Shown here piece by piece: positions 38,910-48,955 of a stretch of 64,000 nucleotides of DNA. The position numbers were made by a program, and so were the translations under genes. Positions within the stretch are counted from its first letter, which is position 1. Every line of letters starts with the position of its first letter. The notes below the pieces were generated by a model. The model was not told where the DNA came from. It did not search any database and was given only the letters and a program-made list of their open reading frames with translations. The DNA comes from Sandaracinaceae bacterium. GTDB lineage: Bacteria; Myxococcota_A; Polyangia; Polyangiales; Sandaracinaceae. The DNA lies in assembly GCA_044220955.1 (NCBI GenBank), contig JBGAQA010000005.1:41897-105896 (forward strand), written 5' to 3'.

Positions 38910-39928
38910 TGTCGGGCCGTGTGTCCCCGCTCGCGCTGGTCCGGATCGACGACGCGCTCGTGGAACGCGTGAGGCGAAAGGATCGCCTCGGAGCGCTGGC
39001 GGTGTCGGCGCTCGCCGCGATCGCGCTCGGCGCTGGCGCGTACGGGGCGGTGTTCGGGATCTGGCGCGCACCGGAGCAGGCCCTCTTCGGCGCGCTCAAG
39101 CTGCCTCTGGTCGTCCTCGGCGTCGCGCTCCTGACGGCGGCGTCGAGCGCGGCGCTCGCGCCGCTCCTCGGCGCGAGGCTGGCGCCCGGGCAGGCGATCG
39201 TGGTCGCGCTCGCCTCCCTCTCGGTGACGTCGGCGATCCTCGGCGCGCTGGCGCCCGCGGTGCTGGTCTTCGTGATGGCCGCGCCGCCTCGCGGGAGCGA
39301 GGGAGAGCTCGCCGTGGCGCAGTCGCTCGTCCTCACGCACACGCTCGTGATCGCCATCGCCGGGATCGCGGGCGTTCTCGCGCTGCTCGACCTCGTCGGG
39401 CGCCTCGTCTCGAGCCGGCAGATCGCGCGGCGCGTGGCGCTCGTGTGGCTTGGGGCGCAGCTGCTCGTCGGCGCGCAGCTCTCGTGGCTCGCGCGGCCCT
39501 TCCTCGGGAGCCCGACGCGGCCCGTGGTGTTCTTCTCGCCCGACGCGCTCGAGGGCGGCTTCTTCGACGAGATCCTGCGCCTCTCGGACGCACGCTTCGG
39601 CTCGCTCTCGCCGGTCGTGCTCGGGTGGCTCGCGCTCATGGCCGCGGTGTGGATCGTCGTCGCGCTCGCCGGCGGAAGCGCTCGCGTCCAGGTCCTTCCG
39701 GCGGGGCTGGAGGTGCGGAGCGCCGACGCCGCCCCGGAGCTGGTGCCCTGGTGCGACGTCGCGGGGGCGCGGGCGAGCGGGCTGCGGGTGCGGATCACGC
39801 TCGCGCCGGACGAGCGCTTCGTCGATCGGACGCTCGAGGTCGCGTGCTCCACGCTCCGCGCCGCCGCGGAGCTCGCACGGGCGATCGAGCTCGCCCGGGC
39901 GGCGCGTCCGGTCGGACCCTACCGCTGA
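38909..39928 (+). CDS. Multi-TM membrane protein (second of the pair) with C-terminal PH-like extension
   Basis: TGATG coupling; LKLP, QLSWLARPFLG; extension GLEV...VPWCDV. Confidence 0.65.
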   Translation: MSGRVSPLALVRIDDALVERVRRKDRLGALAVSALAAIALGAGAYGAVFGIWRAPEQALFGALKLPLVVLGVALLTAASSAALAPLLGARLAPGQAIVVALASLSVTSAILGALAPAVLVFVMAAPPRGSEGELAVAQSLVLTHTLVIAIAGIAGVLALLDLVGRLVSSRQIARRVALVWLGAQLLVGAQLSWLARPFLGSPTRPVVFFSPDALEGGFFDEILRLSDARFGSLSPVVLGWLALMAAVWIVVALAGGSARVQVLPAGLEVRSADAAPELVPWCDVAGARASGLRVRITLAPDERFVDRTLEVACSTLRAAAELARAIELARAARPVGPYR

Positions 39929-39966
39929 GCATCGACGGGCTGGCGCGAGGCCGGCCGCGATGATCT

Positions 39967-41031
39967 ATGCTCGCCGCTGCCCGCGTGGACATTCGCCTCG
40001 CACGCCCCGAGCTCGGCCCCGCCGCCATCACCGCCGCCACGCGCGTGCTCGAGAGCGGCATGCTCGTGCAGGGCGCGATCGTGGAGCGCTTCGAGCGGGC
40101 GATCGCCGAGCGTGTCGGCCGCAAGCACGCGGTCGCCGTCGCCAACGGGACCTGCGCGCTCGAGCTCGCCATCGAGGCGCTCGGGCTGCGCGGCAAGCGC
40201 GTCGCCGTCCCCGCGCTCACCTGGCCGAGCCCCGCGAACGCCGCCCTCGTGCGGGGCGCGCGCCCGGTGCTCGTCGACGTCGACCCTGACGAGTGGAACG
40301 TCCGCGCGATCCCCGACGGGCTCGATGCGGCGATCGTGATCGATCAGCTCGGCGTCCCCGCGCGCCACGGCGCGCTGCGCGCGCCCGTGGTCATCGAGGA
40401 CGCCGCGTGCGCCATCGGGAGCACCCTCGACGGCCGGGCGTGCGGCGCGTTCGGCGCGATCGCGTGCCTCTCCTTCCACCCGCGCAAGGTGCTGACGACC
40501 GGGGAGGGCGGCATGTGCCTGACCGACGACGACACGCTGGCGGCGCGCCTGCGGCGGCTGCGCAACCACGGACAGACGACGCCGGGCGTCTTCGACGAGG
40601 CGTCGGGCAACCACCGGCTGACCGAGATGGCCGCCGCGATCGGGCTCGCGCAGCTCGAGGGGCTCGACCTGCTCCTGGCGCGCCGGCGCGCCATCGCCGA
40701 CCGGTACCGCGCCGAGCTCGCCGGGACGGGACTCGCGTTCCAGGCGCTGCCTCCCGGCGCGACGCGGAACGAACAGACCTTCGGAGTGCTCGCGCCGGAC
40801 GGTGCGAGGCGCGACGCGCTGATCGCGGCGCTCGTCGCGCGCAGCATCGAGGCAGGCAAGCTCTCGTACGCGCTCGGGCGGCTCCCGAGCCTGGCAGCCG
40901 TCGAGCGAGCCTCGAGCCTCGCCGTGTCCGAGTCGATCGCCGACCGCGGGCTCGCGCTGCCCCTGCACGGCGGCCTCTCGGACGCCGACGTGACGCGGAT
41001 CCTGAGCGCCGTCCTCGAGGTGTGCAGGTGA
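39967..41031 (+). CDS. DegT/DnrJ/EryC1/StrS PLP aminotransferase
   Basis: VANGTCAL, IEDAACAIG, SFHPRKVLTTGEGG, NHRLTEMAAAIG; start may be GTG 39985. Confidence 0.93.
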   Translation: MLAAARVDIRLARPELGPAAITAATRVLESGMLVQGAIVERFERAIAERVGRKHAVAVANGTCALELAIEALGLRGKRVAVPALTWPSPANAALVRGARPVLVDVDPDEWNVRAIPDGLDAAIVIDQLGVPARHGALRAPVVIEDAACAIGSTLDGRACGAFGAIACLSFHPRKVLTTGEGGMCLTDDDTLAARLRRLRNHGQTTPGVFDEASGNHRLTEMAAAIGLAQLEGLDLLLARRRAIADRYRAELAGTGLAFQALPPGATRNEQTFGVLAPDGARRDALIAALVARSIEAGKLSYALGRLPSLAAVERASSLAVSESIADRGLALPLHGGLSDADVTRILSAVLEVCR

Positions 41032-41978
41032 GCGACGCAGCACCGGTGGTCGAGATCCGCGGTCTGCACAAGACGTTCGAGGTCGGCTTCTTCAAGAAGC
41101 GCGTCGAGGCCGTGCGCGGCGTCGACTTCGAGGTGCGGGAGGGCGAGATCTTCGGCGTCCTCGGGCCGAACGGCGCAGGCAAGACGACCACGATCAAGAT
41201 GCTGCTCCGCCTCATCTTCCCGACGAGCGGCACGATCCGCCTCTTCGGGCGCGACCGGCCCGGCCCGGCCGAGATGCGTCGCCTCGGCTACCTGCCCGAG
41301 AACCCCTACGTCTACCAGTACCTGCGCGCGCACGAGTTCCTCGACCTCTGCGGGCGCCTCTGCGGCATGGGCGCCGCCGAGCGCAAGAAGCGCAGCGACG
41401 AGGTGATCGCGTTGGTCGGCCTCGCGCACGCGGTGGACCGCCCGATCGGCAAGTTCAGCAAGGGCATGACGCAGCGGATCGGCCTCGCGCAGGCGCTCCT
41501 GCACGACCCCGAGCTCTTGATCCTGGACGAGCCGATGAGCGGCCTGGACCCCATCGGACGCAAGGAGGTCCGCGACCTCGTCCTCGACGAGAAGCGCCGC
41601 GGAAAGACGGTGCTCTTCACGAGCCACATCCTCACCGACGTGGAGAAGCTCTGCGACCGCGTCGTGATCGTGAACGGAGGCAAGGTCACGGCCTACGGCG
41701 CGCTCGACACGCTGCTCAAGCCCGAGGTGCGCCGCGTCGAGCTCGAGCTCGAGGGCGTGAGCGAGACGCTCGAAGCAGAGCTCGCGTCTCTGGGAGCGAA
41801 GGTCCGTGGACGGCACGGCGCGGCGACGATCTTCGTGATCGAGGGCGACGAGGCGCGAGGACCGGTCGTGGAGCGCGCCGTCGCGGGCGGCGCCAAGATC
41901 CGGGCGCTCGCGGAGCAGCGCGAGACGCTCGAAGACCTCTTCGTGAAGGGCGCGCTGAAGGACCACCGCGAGGCGTAG
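41028..41978 (+). CDS. ABC-2 type transporter ATP-binding protein
   Basis: GPNGAGKTT, FSKGM, LILDEP, TSH. Confidence 0.95.
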   Translation: MSDAAPVVEIRGLHKTFEVGFFKKRVEAVRGVDFEVREGEIFGVLGPNGAGKTTTIKMLLRLIFPTSGTIRLFGRDRPGPAEMRRLGYLPENPYVYQYLRAHEFLDLCGRLCGMGAAERKKRSDEVIALVGLAHAVDRPIGKFSKGMTQRIGLAQALLHDPELLILDEPMSGLDPIGRKEVRDLVLDEKRRGKTVLFTSHILTDVEKLCDRVVIVNGGKVTAYGALDTLLKPEVRRVELELEGVSETLEAELASLGAKVRGRHGAATIFVIEGDEARGPVVERAVAGGAKIRALAEQRETLEDLFVKGALKDHREA

Positions 41979-42011
41979 CGAGACGTCGCGAGAGCGAGGA
42001 GACGGACCGAG

Positions 42012-42440
42012 ATGGCGAGCCGCGTGACACCGAAGGAGGCGCACCAGCGCATGACGCGCGATGGCCACGCGTACCTCGACGTGCGGACGGTCGCCGAGTT
42101 CGAGGCGGGTCACCCGGCGGGCGCGTACAACGTGCCGCTGCTCGTCGACGGCCCCGGCGGGCGCGCGCCGAACGCGGCGTTCCTCGCCGCCGTGGGCCGG
42201 GCGTTCGCGAAGGACCAGAACCTCGTCGTCGGCTGCCTCGCGGCCACGCGCTCTGCGCGGGCCGCCGAGATGCTCGAGGAGGCGGGCTTCACGAGCGTGG
42301 TCGTTCAGTTCGCCGGATGGGGTGGCCTCGCCGACGCCTTCGGTCGCGTCACCGAGCCTGGCTGGAAGGCTGCCGGTCTGCCGGTCGCGAACGCGGCCGA
42401 GCCGGGGCGCAGCTGGGCAGAGCTCGGCGCGAAGCGATGA
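42012..42440 (+). CDS. Rhodanese-like domain protein
   Basis: YLDVRTVAEFEAGHPAGAYNVP, VGCLAATRS, GWKAAGLP. Confidence 0.9.
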   Translation: MASRVTPKEAHQRMTRDGHAYLDVRTVAEFEAGHPAGAYNVPLLVDGPGGRAPNAAFLAAVGRAFAKDQNLVVGCLAATRSARAAEMLEEAGFTSVVVQFAGWGGLADAFGRVTEPGWKAAGLPVANAAEPGRSWAELGAKR

Positions 42441-43360
42441 GGAGTCTCACCGAGCTCGCCCTCGCGCGGCAGACCGCCGGCAGGGCGCGCCTGGCGCTGC
42501 TCCGTGATGCCGCCGAGGCCGTCGCCGAGGAGGTGCGCGCCGCGCCCGCGCGCTCGGCCGTTCACGTCGTGGTCGATCGCGTTCTCGTCGAGAGACAGAG
42601 GGTGCTGCCCGACGCGCGCCTCGTCTCGCCGCTCGTCGCGCTCGTCCGCCGCGCGCTCGTGATCGTCGCCGCGGACGGTACGCGGATCCTCGTCGATCCG
42701 ACCGACGCTGGGCCCTGCACGCCCTACGAGGAGCGCATCGCGTCGCGTCACCCGCTCGCGCGACGAGCCCTCGCCGCGCGCGCCGCGGACGCCGCCTGGC
42801 CCGAGGTCGACGTCGTCGTCTCGACGTCGCTCGCGCTGCGCTCGGTCGCGCGCGCGCGTCCCGCGCTGGCCCGTTTGCGCTGGATCGCGCCGAAGCAGGA
42901 GCTCGAGGTCGCTCGCGAGCCGCCTCCCCTCGAGCTCGCGCGCTATGCGCGGACGCCCGCGGAGCTCGAGCCGTTCGTCGGCTCACGCGTGCTCGCACCC
43001 GGCGTGGTGGTGGTGGAGACGCCCGGGCCGACGGCCGGTCACGCGTCGGTCGCGTTCTCGCTCGGCGGGCAGGTCTTCGTGCACACGCACTCGGGCGTGA
43101 CCGTGGACGCCTGGTCGCCCTACGAGTCGCGCATCCCCGGCCTGCGCGAGGCCGTGCGCCTGCGCAACGTCGAGGCCGTGCTGCGCGGCGACGCGACCGA
43201 TCCGGCCCTCGCCCTCGAGGCGATGGCGATCGAGCGCGCGCTGGCCGACCGGCGCGACGACGAGCCGGCGATGCTTCGGATCGTCCCGGCGATGGAGCTC
43301 GAGCCCTCGATCTTCACGCCGCTGCTCAGGCCGGTCCTCTCCGCGCTGAGCACCCGCTGA
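42437..43360 (+). CDS. Degenerate metallo-beta-lactamase-fold protein
   Basis: ILVDP, GVVVVETPGPTAGHAS; canonical HxHxDH absent. Confidence 0.5.
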   Translation: MRSLTELALARQTAGRARLALLRDAAEAVAEEVRAAPARSAVHVVVDRVLVERQRVLPDARLVSPLVALVRRALVIVAADGTRILVDPTDAGPCTPYEERIASRHPLARRALAARAADAAWPEVDVVVSTSLALRSVARARPALARLRWIAPKQELEVAREPPPLELARYARTPAELEPFVGSRVLAPGVVVVETPGPTAGHASVAFSLGGQVFVHTHSGVTVDAWSPYESRIPGLREAVRLRNVEAVLRGDATDPALALEAMAIERALADRRDDEPAMLRIVPAMELEPSIFTPLLRPVLSALSTR

Positions 43361-43420
43361 GTCTCGCGCGAGGTCGTGGATCCGCTCGCCGCGCCGGCGC
43401 GGGCCGCTATGCTCGCGCCG

Positions 43421-44134
43421 ATGGCGCGCGGCATCGACGAGTGGGTAGGCACCAGGACCGGCCAGCGACTCGCGCGCGGGCTGATCGACTACTTCTCCGC
43501 CACGATCACCGGCGCCGACCACGTGCCGCGTCGCGGCGGTGCGCTGCTCGTCGGCAACCACGGCGTGTTCGGGCTGGACGCGTTCATCCTCGCCGCGCTG
43601 CTGGCGCGGGACGTGGGCCGCATGCCGACCTGGCTCGGCGAGCGCCACCTCTGGGCGACCCCGCTGCTGCCGCGCGCGCTCGACTTCGTCGGCGCGATCG
43701 AGGGCGAGCCGGAGGCGGCCACGCGGCATCTGTCCCGGGGAGAGCTGGTCGTCGTCTATCCGGGCGGCATCCACGACTCGTTCAAGCCCGCGAGCGAGCG
43801 ACATCGCCTGCAGTGGGGGTCGCGCGCCGGCTTCGCGCGCGTGGCGATGAGGGCTCGGGTGCCGGTCGTGCCCGTCGCGGCGTGCGGCGTGGACGATGCG
43901 TACCGCGTGGTCGCGCGCGAGCCGGGGCTCGGACGGCTCCTCTTCGGCGATGCTCGCTACAACTTCCCGATCGTCCTGGGTCGCCGCGGCACCCTCCTGC
44001 CCCGCAGAGTCCCGGTGTCTTTCCACGTGCTCGCCCCCATCGACACGCGCGGGGACGTCGCGATGGCCGACGACGTCGAGCGCGTGCGCGCCGCGACGCA
44101 CGACGCCCTGACGCAGGTGCTCTCGAGACACTGA
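43421..44134 (+). CDS. Lysophospholipid acyltransferase family
   Basis: LLVGNHGVFGLD (HxxxxD-like), VYPGG, GFARVA...VPVVPV. Confidence 0.88.
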   Translation: MARGIDEWVGTRTGQRLARGLIDYFSATITGADHVPRRGGALLVGNHGVFGLDAFILAALLARDVGRMPTWLGERHLWATPLLPRALDFVGAIEGEPEAATRHLSRGELVVVYPGGIHDSFKPASERHRLQWGSRAGFARVAMRARVPVVPVAACGVDDAYRVVAREPGLGRLLFGDARYNFPIVLGRRGTLLPRRVPVSFHVLAPIDTRGDVAMADDVERVRAATHDALTQVLSRH

Positions 44135-44236
44135 TCTCGTCCACGCGCGACGTCGCGGGCACCACGAGGTCGCGCTCGCGTATTCTCGCCGCGCGCTCGT
44201 CGATCTCGGCGGGGCGACGGATCGAGGAGAAGCCGT

Positions 44237-45352
44237 GTGAGGAAGCAGCACGCCCTGTTCGCGGCGACCGCGCCGGGCCTCGAGCCGATGGCGCTCTCGG
44301 AGCTGCGCGCGCTCGGCGTCGAGGGCACGAGGCAGGTCCCGGGCGGCATCGAGCTCGCCGCGGATCGCGCGCAGACGATGCGGCTACTCGTGGAGCTCCG
44401 TACGGTGAGCCATCTGCTCGTGCGCGTGGCGACGTTCCGAGCCGACCGCTTCGACCGCCTGGAGCGCGAGGTGCGGAGGATCGACTGGCGCGCCTGGCTC
44501 GCGCCGGGCGTCGCGCGGACCGTGCGGGCGAGCGCCGAGAAGTCGCGCCTCTACCACACGGGCGCGATCGCCGAGCGCGTCGGACGCTTCGTCACGGAGT
44601 CGCTCGGGGACGCCGGCCCCGAGGGGCCGGACCCGGTGACGATCGCGGTGCGCCTGGTGCACGACGAGGTGACGCTCTCGATCGACCTCGCGGGCGAGCC
44701 GCTCCATCGCCGCGGCTACCGGCTCGACCCCGGCAAGGCGCCACTGCGCGAGGACCTCGCCGCGGCGCTGGTCCTCGCGTCGGGCTGGGACGCCGCCCAT
44801 CCGCTCATCGACCCGATGTGCGGCTCGGGCACGATCGCGATCGAGGCGGCGATGATCGGCGCACGCATCGCGCCCGGGCTCGCGCGGAGCTTCGCGGTGG
44901 AACGGACACGCCTCGGGACCAAGGCCGACGTCGAGCGCGCCAAGCGCGCGGCGCGCGAGGCGCGAGCGCCCCGGACGCCCTCGGTCTTCGCCTCGGATCG
45001 CGACGCGCACGCGGTCGATCGCGCACGGGAGAACGCCGCACGCGCCGGTGTGGAGATCACGCTCGAGGTGATCCCCCTCTCGTCCGTGACGGCCGAGGGC
45101 CGAGAGGGTGCCACCGTGGTCACCAACCCGCCCTGGGGTGAGCGCCTCGGCGAGGCGGGCGCCGGCCTCGATCGCCTGCACGCGGCGCTCGGCGCGCTCG
45201 TCCGCCGGCTCGGCCCGCACGCGCGTCTCGCGCTGCTCGCGCACGACCCGCGCCTCGCGCGCGCGGTCGGCATCCCACTCCGGACGGCGTTCCTCACCGA
45301 CGCGGGCGGGATGAAGGTGCGCGCGCTCGTCGGGGGAGCGGCGAACGGGTGA
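44237..45352 (+). CDS. THUMP-domain RNA methyltransferase (RlmL-like)
   Basis: PGLE, LHRRGYR, APLREDLAA, DPMCGSGTIAIEAA, TNPPWGERL. Confidence 0.9.
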   Translation: MRKQHALFAATAPGLEPMALSELRALGVEGTRQVPGGIELAADRAQTMRLLVELRTVSHLLVRVATFRADRFDRLEREVRRIDWRAWLAPGVARTVRASAEKSRLYHTGAIAERVGRFVTESLGDAGPEGPDPVTIAVRLVHDEVTLSIDLAGEPLHRRGYRLDPGKAPLREDLAAALVLASGWDAAHPLIDPMCGSGTIAIEAAMIGARIAPGLARSFAVERTRLGTKADVERAKRAAREARAPRTPSVFASDRDAHAVDRARENAARAGVEITLEVIPLSSVTAEGREGATVVTNPPWGERLGEAGAGLDRLHAALGALVRRLGPHARLALLAHDPRLARAVGIPLRTAFLTDAGGMKVRALVGGAANG

Positions 45353-45391
45353 CGGAGCGCTCGGCGGGGAGACGCCGGGGCGGAACGCGCT

Positions 45392-45709
45392 TCAGGTCGC
45401 GAGCTCGGGTGGGGCGAGCGGCCCCTGGACGGCGCAGCACTGCCACAGCCCGCGCGCCTCGCAGCTGTCGGGACGCCCCCCGACGTAGTCGCACTCGCAG
45501 CTCGCGCACGGGTCACCCGCGTCCGGCGGCCCGGCGTCCGCGAGCGACGTGTCGGGGCTGGCCGCGTCGGGGCGCGCGGCGTCCGCGCCGGCCGCGTCCG
45601 GCGCATCGCCGGGCCGCAGATGCGAGGCGTAGCAGCCGCTGAGGCTGGTCACGCACGAGACGAGCGCGACGGCGCGCGCGAACCGGAGGTAGTGCGGAGT
45701 CGGTGCCAC
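45392..45709 (-). CDS. Small Cys-rich lipoprotein
   Basis: LSGC lipobox, DAA/DAG linker, CASCEC...C...CC..GPLAPPEL tail. Confidence 0.65.
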   Translation of the reverse strand: MAPTPHYLRFARAVALVSCVTSLSGCYASHLRPGDAPDAAGADAARPDAASPDTSLADAGPPDAGDPCASCECDYVGGRPDSCEARGLWQCCAVQGPLAPPELAT

Positions 45710-45759
45710 GTTGAGCCTCGCTCCAGCCGTAGCAACCGCGGTGCCGTACCATCACGCCC

Positions 45760-47016
45760 ATGGCCCGGGTCGGCTCCATCCTCTCGCTCGCGCTCGCGGT
45801 GCTCGCCGCGTGCGCGAGCGCCTCTCCCCGGCCCGGCGGAGGGACGATGGACCGGGCGCCCAGCTTCGAAGACGACGTCGCGTTCTTGCGCGCGCACGTC
45901 CCCGACACGCTCGTGCTCGCGCGCGGCGACGCGCGCGTGGCGGTCGTGCCGGAATTCCAGGGCCGCGTGATGACGAGCAGTGCGCGCGGCGAGACCGGCG
46001 CGAGCTGCGGCTGGCTGAACCGCGCCGCGATCGCGAGCGGCGTGCGCCAGCCGCACATGAACGCGTTCGGCGGCGAGGATCGCTTCTGGCTCGGGCCCGA
46101 GGGCGGACAGTTCGGCCTCTATTTCGCGCCCGGCGTGCCCTTCGACCTGCCGCACTGGCAGGTGCCCGAGCCCATCGACTGGGGCCGCTGGGAGATCGGG
46201 GCCCGAAGCGACACCGCGGTCCTGTTCCGGCGCGACATGGATCTCGTCAACGCGAGCGGGACGCGCTTCGCGATCCACGCCGAGCGGCAGGTGCGCCTCC
46301 TCGACGAAGACGAGGTGAGCGCCCTCGCCGGGGCCCGGAGCGACGTCGCCGCGGTCGGCTACGCGTCGATCAACGCGATCACGAACGTCGGGGAGGCGGC
46401 GTGGCAGCCCGAGACCGGGCTCGTGTCCATCTGGATCCTCTCGATGTACCCGCCATCGCCGCGCGCGGTGGTCGTGATCCCGTTCCGCACGGACGGCACC
46501 GGCCCCATCGTCAACGACGCGTACTTCGGGCCCGTGCCGCCGGAGCGCCTCCGCGTCGATCGGGCGCGGGGCGTCCTCTTCTTCCGCGCCGACGGACGGC
46601 GGCGCAGCAAGATCGGCGTGCCCGCGGGCCGCGCGCTGCCGACCCTCGGAAGCTGGGATCCCGAGCGCGGCGTGCTCACGATCGTGCGCGCGACGCTGCC
46701 GGAGGCGCACGACGAGGGCCGGACACGCTACGTGAACAGCATGTGGGAGACCCAGCGCGAGCCCTACGCGGGCGACGTGGTGAACAGCTACTGCGACGGC
46801 CCGCCCGGCCCGGGCCTCCCGCCGCTCGGGCCCTTCTACGAGCTCGAGTCGAGCTCGCCCGCCGCCGCGCTCGCGCCGGGCGAGCGCACGGAGCACACGC
46901 AGACGACCCTGCACGTCGAGGGACCGCGCGACGCGCTCGACGCGATCGCGCGCTCGGCGCTGGGTGTGGATCTCGACACCATCGAGCACGCGCTCGACCC
47001 CGCGAGCGGATCGTGA
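45760..47016 (+). CDS. Conserved lipoprotein (DUF6786-like)
   Basis: LAAC lipobox; QGRVMTSS, FGGEDRFWLGPEGGQF, YVNSMW, GPFYELESSSPA. Confidence 0.75.
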   Translation: MARVGSILSLALAVLAACASASPRPGGGTMDRAPSFEDDVAFLRAHVPDTLVLARGDARVAVVPEFQGRVMTSSARGETGASCGWLNRAAIASGVRQPHMNAFGGEDRFWLGPEGGQFGLYFAPGVPFDLPHWQVPEPIDWGRWEIGARSDTAVLFRRDMDLVNASGTRFAIHAERQVRLLDEDEVSALAGARSDVAAVGYASINAITNVGEAAWQPETGLVSIWILSMYPPSPRAVVVIPFRTDGTGPIVNDAYFGPVPPERLRVDRARGVLFFRADGRRRSKIGVPAGRALPTLGSWDPERGVLTIVRATLPEAHDEGRTRYVNSMWETQREPYAGDVVNSYCDGPPGPGLPPLGPFYELESSSPAAALAPGERTEHTQTTLHVEGPRDALDAIARSALGVDLDTIEHALDPASGS

Positions 47017-47468
47017 GCGGGCGTGAGCCGATCGGCACCTGGTTCTTCTCGCTCGTGGTCGTGCGCGACGCAGAGCGCTTCCTGCTCGTTCACGAGCGCA
47101 AGCACGGCCAGGCCTGGTACCTGCCGGCGGGTCGGGTCGAGCCCGGAGAGACGCTCGCGGAGGCGGCCGTCCGCGAGACGCGGGAAGAGACCGGCGTCGA
47201 CGTCGAGCTCGAAGGCCTGCTCCGCCTCGAGCACCGACCGCTCGGCCCGAGCGCGAGGCTCCGCGCGTTCTTCCTCGCGCGCCCCTGCCCGGGGTCCTCG
47301 CCACGCGCGACCCCGAACGAGCACTCGCTCGGCGCGCGCTTCGTCACGCTCGACGAGGCGAGCGCGCTCCCGCTCCGCGGCGACGAGGTGATGGAGATCC
47401 TCCGCTACGCCGCACGCGCACCCGCGCTCCTCCCGATGTCGATGGTCGTCGTGGAAGGGACGCCGTGA
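47013..47468 (+). CDS. NUDIX hydrolase
   Basis: GRVEPGETLAEAAVRETREETG Nudix box. Confidence 0.93.
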   Translation: MSGREPIGTWFFSLVVVRDAERFLLVHERKHGQAWYLPAGRVEPGETLAEAAVRETREETGVDVELEGLLRLEHRPLGPSARLRAFFLARPCPGSSPRATPNEHSLGARFVTLDEASALPLRGDEVMEILRYAARAPALLPMSMVVVEGTP

Positions 47469-47505
47469 CTCGCGCCGTCGGAGGCCCGTCGGCGCATCGA
47501 GAGCG

Positions 47506-48831
47506 TCAGGGGCACGCGCCGACGCTGCGGAACGCGCGGCTCTCGATCACCGACCCGTCGGCGCGCACGGCCTGGATCGCGTAGGCCGCGCCGCCCTCGA
47601 GGGTGGAGAGGAGCAAGCGGCCCCCGCCCGCGTCGATCAGGCCCGCAGCGGTCGAGCCGGTGGGCGCGACCCGCGTCGTCCACGCCGCGCCTCCCCCGAG
47701 GCGCCCGCTCGCGAGGAGCGTCATCAGCACCTCGGCGTGCGGCGAGCCCACGTGCGCGGTGCTGACGCCCATCACGGCGTTGCGGCTCCGTCCGTCGCTC
47801 GGGAGCAGGCGATCGACCCACGTCGCGTTGCTCGAGGTGTTGCGACCGTGGTGGCTCGCGTGGAGCACGTCGACGCCGCGCGCGTCGAGCCCGGCCGCCG
47901 CGCCGAGGCGCGAGGCGTAGAAGCTCTCGACGTCGTCGGTCACGGAGCCGCCGCCCGTGAGGTCCCCCGCGAGCAGCATGCGGAACGCGCCGTGCCGGAC
48001 GACGGCGACGACGCTGCGCGCGTTCTCTCCGTTGCTGTCCGACGTGAGGAAGGGCGAGACGGCCGTGTCGTAGCGATCGGCGCCGATGAAGCCGTTGGCC
48101 GCGACGAAGTCGAGCATGGCGCCGCCGCCGAGCGCGCGGTCGGCGCTCGCCAGCGCCGCGCAGTCGACGACCGGGTACGTCCCGACCCAGCTGCCCGGCG
48201 CGCAGGGCGGCGCGGAGGCCGCGACGCAGAGACCGAGGCCCGCTCCGGGACGCGCCGCGGTCGCGTCGCAGATCGCCTGGATCGTGGTGTCGTTCGCGGC
48301 GGCCGTGAAGTCGGTGAAGCCTCGGTGGACGATCCGGCCGGAGAGCGTGATGCGGCCGAGCAGCCCGGTGAGGCCGTCGCCGTGGTCGGAGTGGAAGTGC
48401 GTGATCACGATGTCGTCGACCACGGTCGCGCCCGTGAGCTCGCTCAGGGCGCTCGCCACGTCGTCGTCGTGGCTGTCGTTGCCGACGTCGACGACGACGA
48501 TGGTCCCGTCGGGCCCGACGAGGATCGCGGACTCGCCGATCGAGAGCCCCCCGAGCCCGAGCTGCGCGTAGAAGAGCTCGCCTGGAGCGGGCCGCAGCGG
48601 CGAGGTGGGAGCCGCGGGCGGTGGCGCGCACGAGCCGGCGTCGACACGAGCGGCGTCGATCCCGCCGTCACCCGAAGGTGCGGCGTCGTCGCGCGCGCCG
48701 CCGTCGATGCCCCCGGCATCGAGGGCGAGGTACGCGTCGTCGCGCGATGCGGCGTCGGGCGACGCGGGCGCGGGGCTACACGCGGTGAGGGCGACGAGCG
48801 CGAGCGGGAGGAGCGTGAGAGGACGGGGCAC
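47506..48831 (-). CDS. ComEC/Rec2-like MBL-fold metallohydrolase lipoprotein
   Basis: LTAC lipobox; THFHSDH, ENARSV, LAGDL, ASHHG. Confidence 0.85.
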   Translation of the reverse strand: MPRPLTLLPLALVALTACSPAPASPDAASRDDAYLALDAGGIDGGARDDAAPSGDGGIDAARVDAGSCAPPPAAPTSPLRPAPGELFYAQLGLGGLSIGESAILVGPDGTIVVVDVGNDSHDDDVASALSELTGATVVDDIVITHFHSDHGDGLTGLLGRITLSGRIVHRGFTDFTAAANDTTIQAICDATAARPGAGLGLCVAASAPPCAPGSWVGTYPVVDCAALASADRALGGGAMLDFVAANGFIGADRYDTAVSPFLTSDSNGENARSVVAVVRHGAFRMLLAGDLTGGGSVTDDVESFYASRLGAAAGLDARGVDVLHASHHGRNTSSNATWVDRLLPSDGRSRNAVMGVSTAHVGSPHAEVLMTLLASGRLGGGAAWTTRVAPTGSTAAGLIDAGGGRLLLSTLEGGAAYAIQAVRADGSVIESRAFRSVGACP

Positions 48832-48955
48832 GTCGAGCGCGTAGCGGGTGGCGCGGCCGTCGTCCAGCGCTGTCGTGCGCGCGCGCGGCACGGCTCGTGC
48901 TGCCGCTCCGGCGCGCGTGGGCGAGCGGCCCAGCGCGGCACATGGAGAAGCGTCG

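Noticed and set aside
45392..45709. Small Cys-rich ORF as a RiPP precursor
   Set aside because: It has a lipoprotein signal and DAG linker like other surface proteins here, and no modifying enzymes are adjacent
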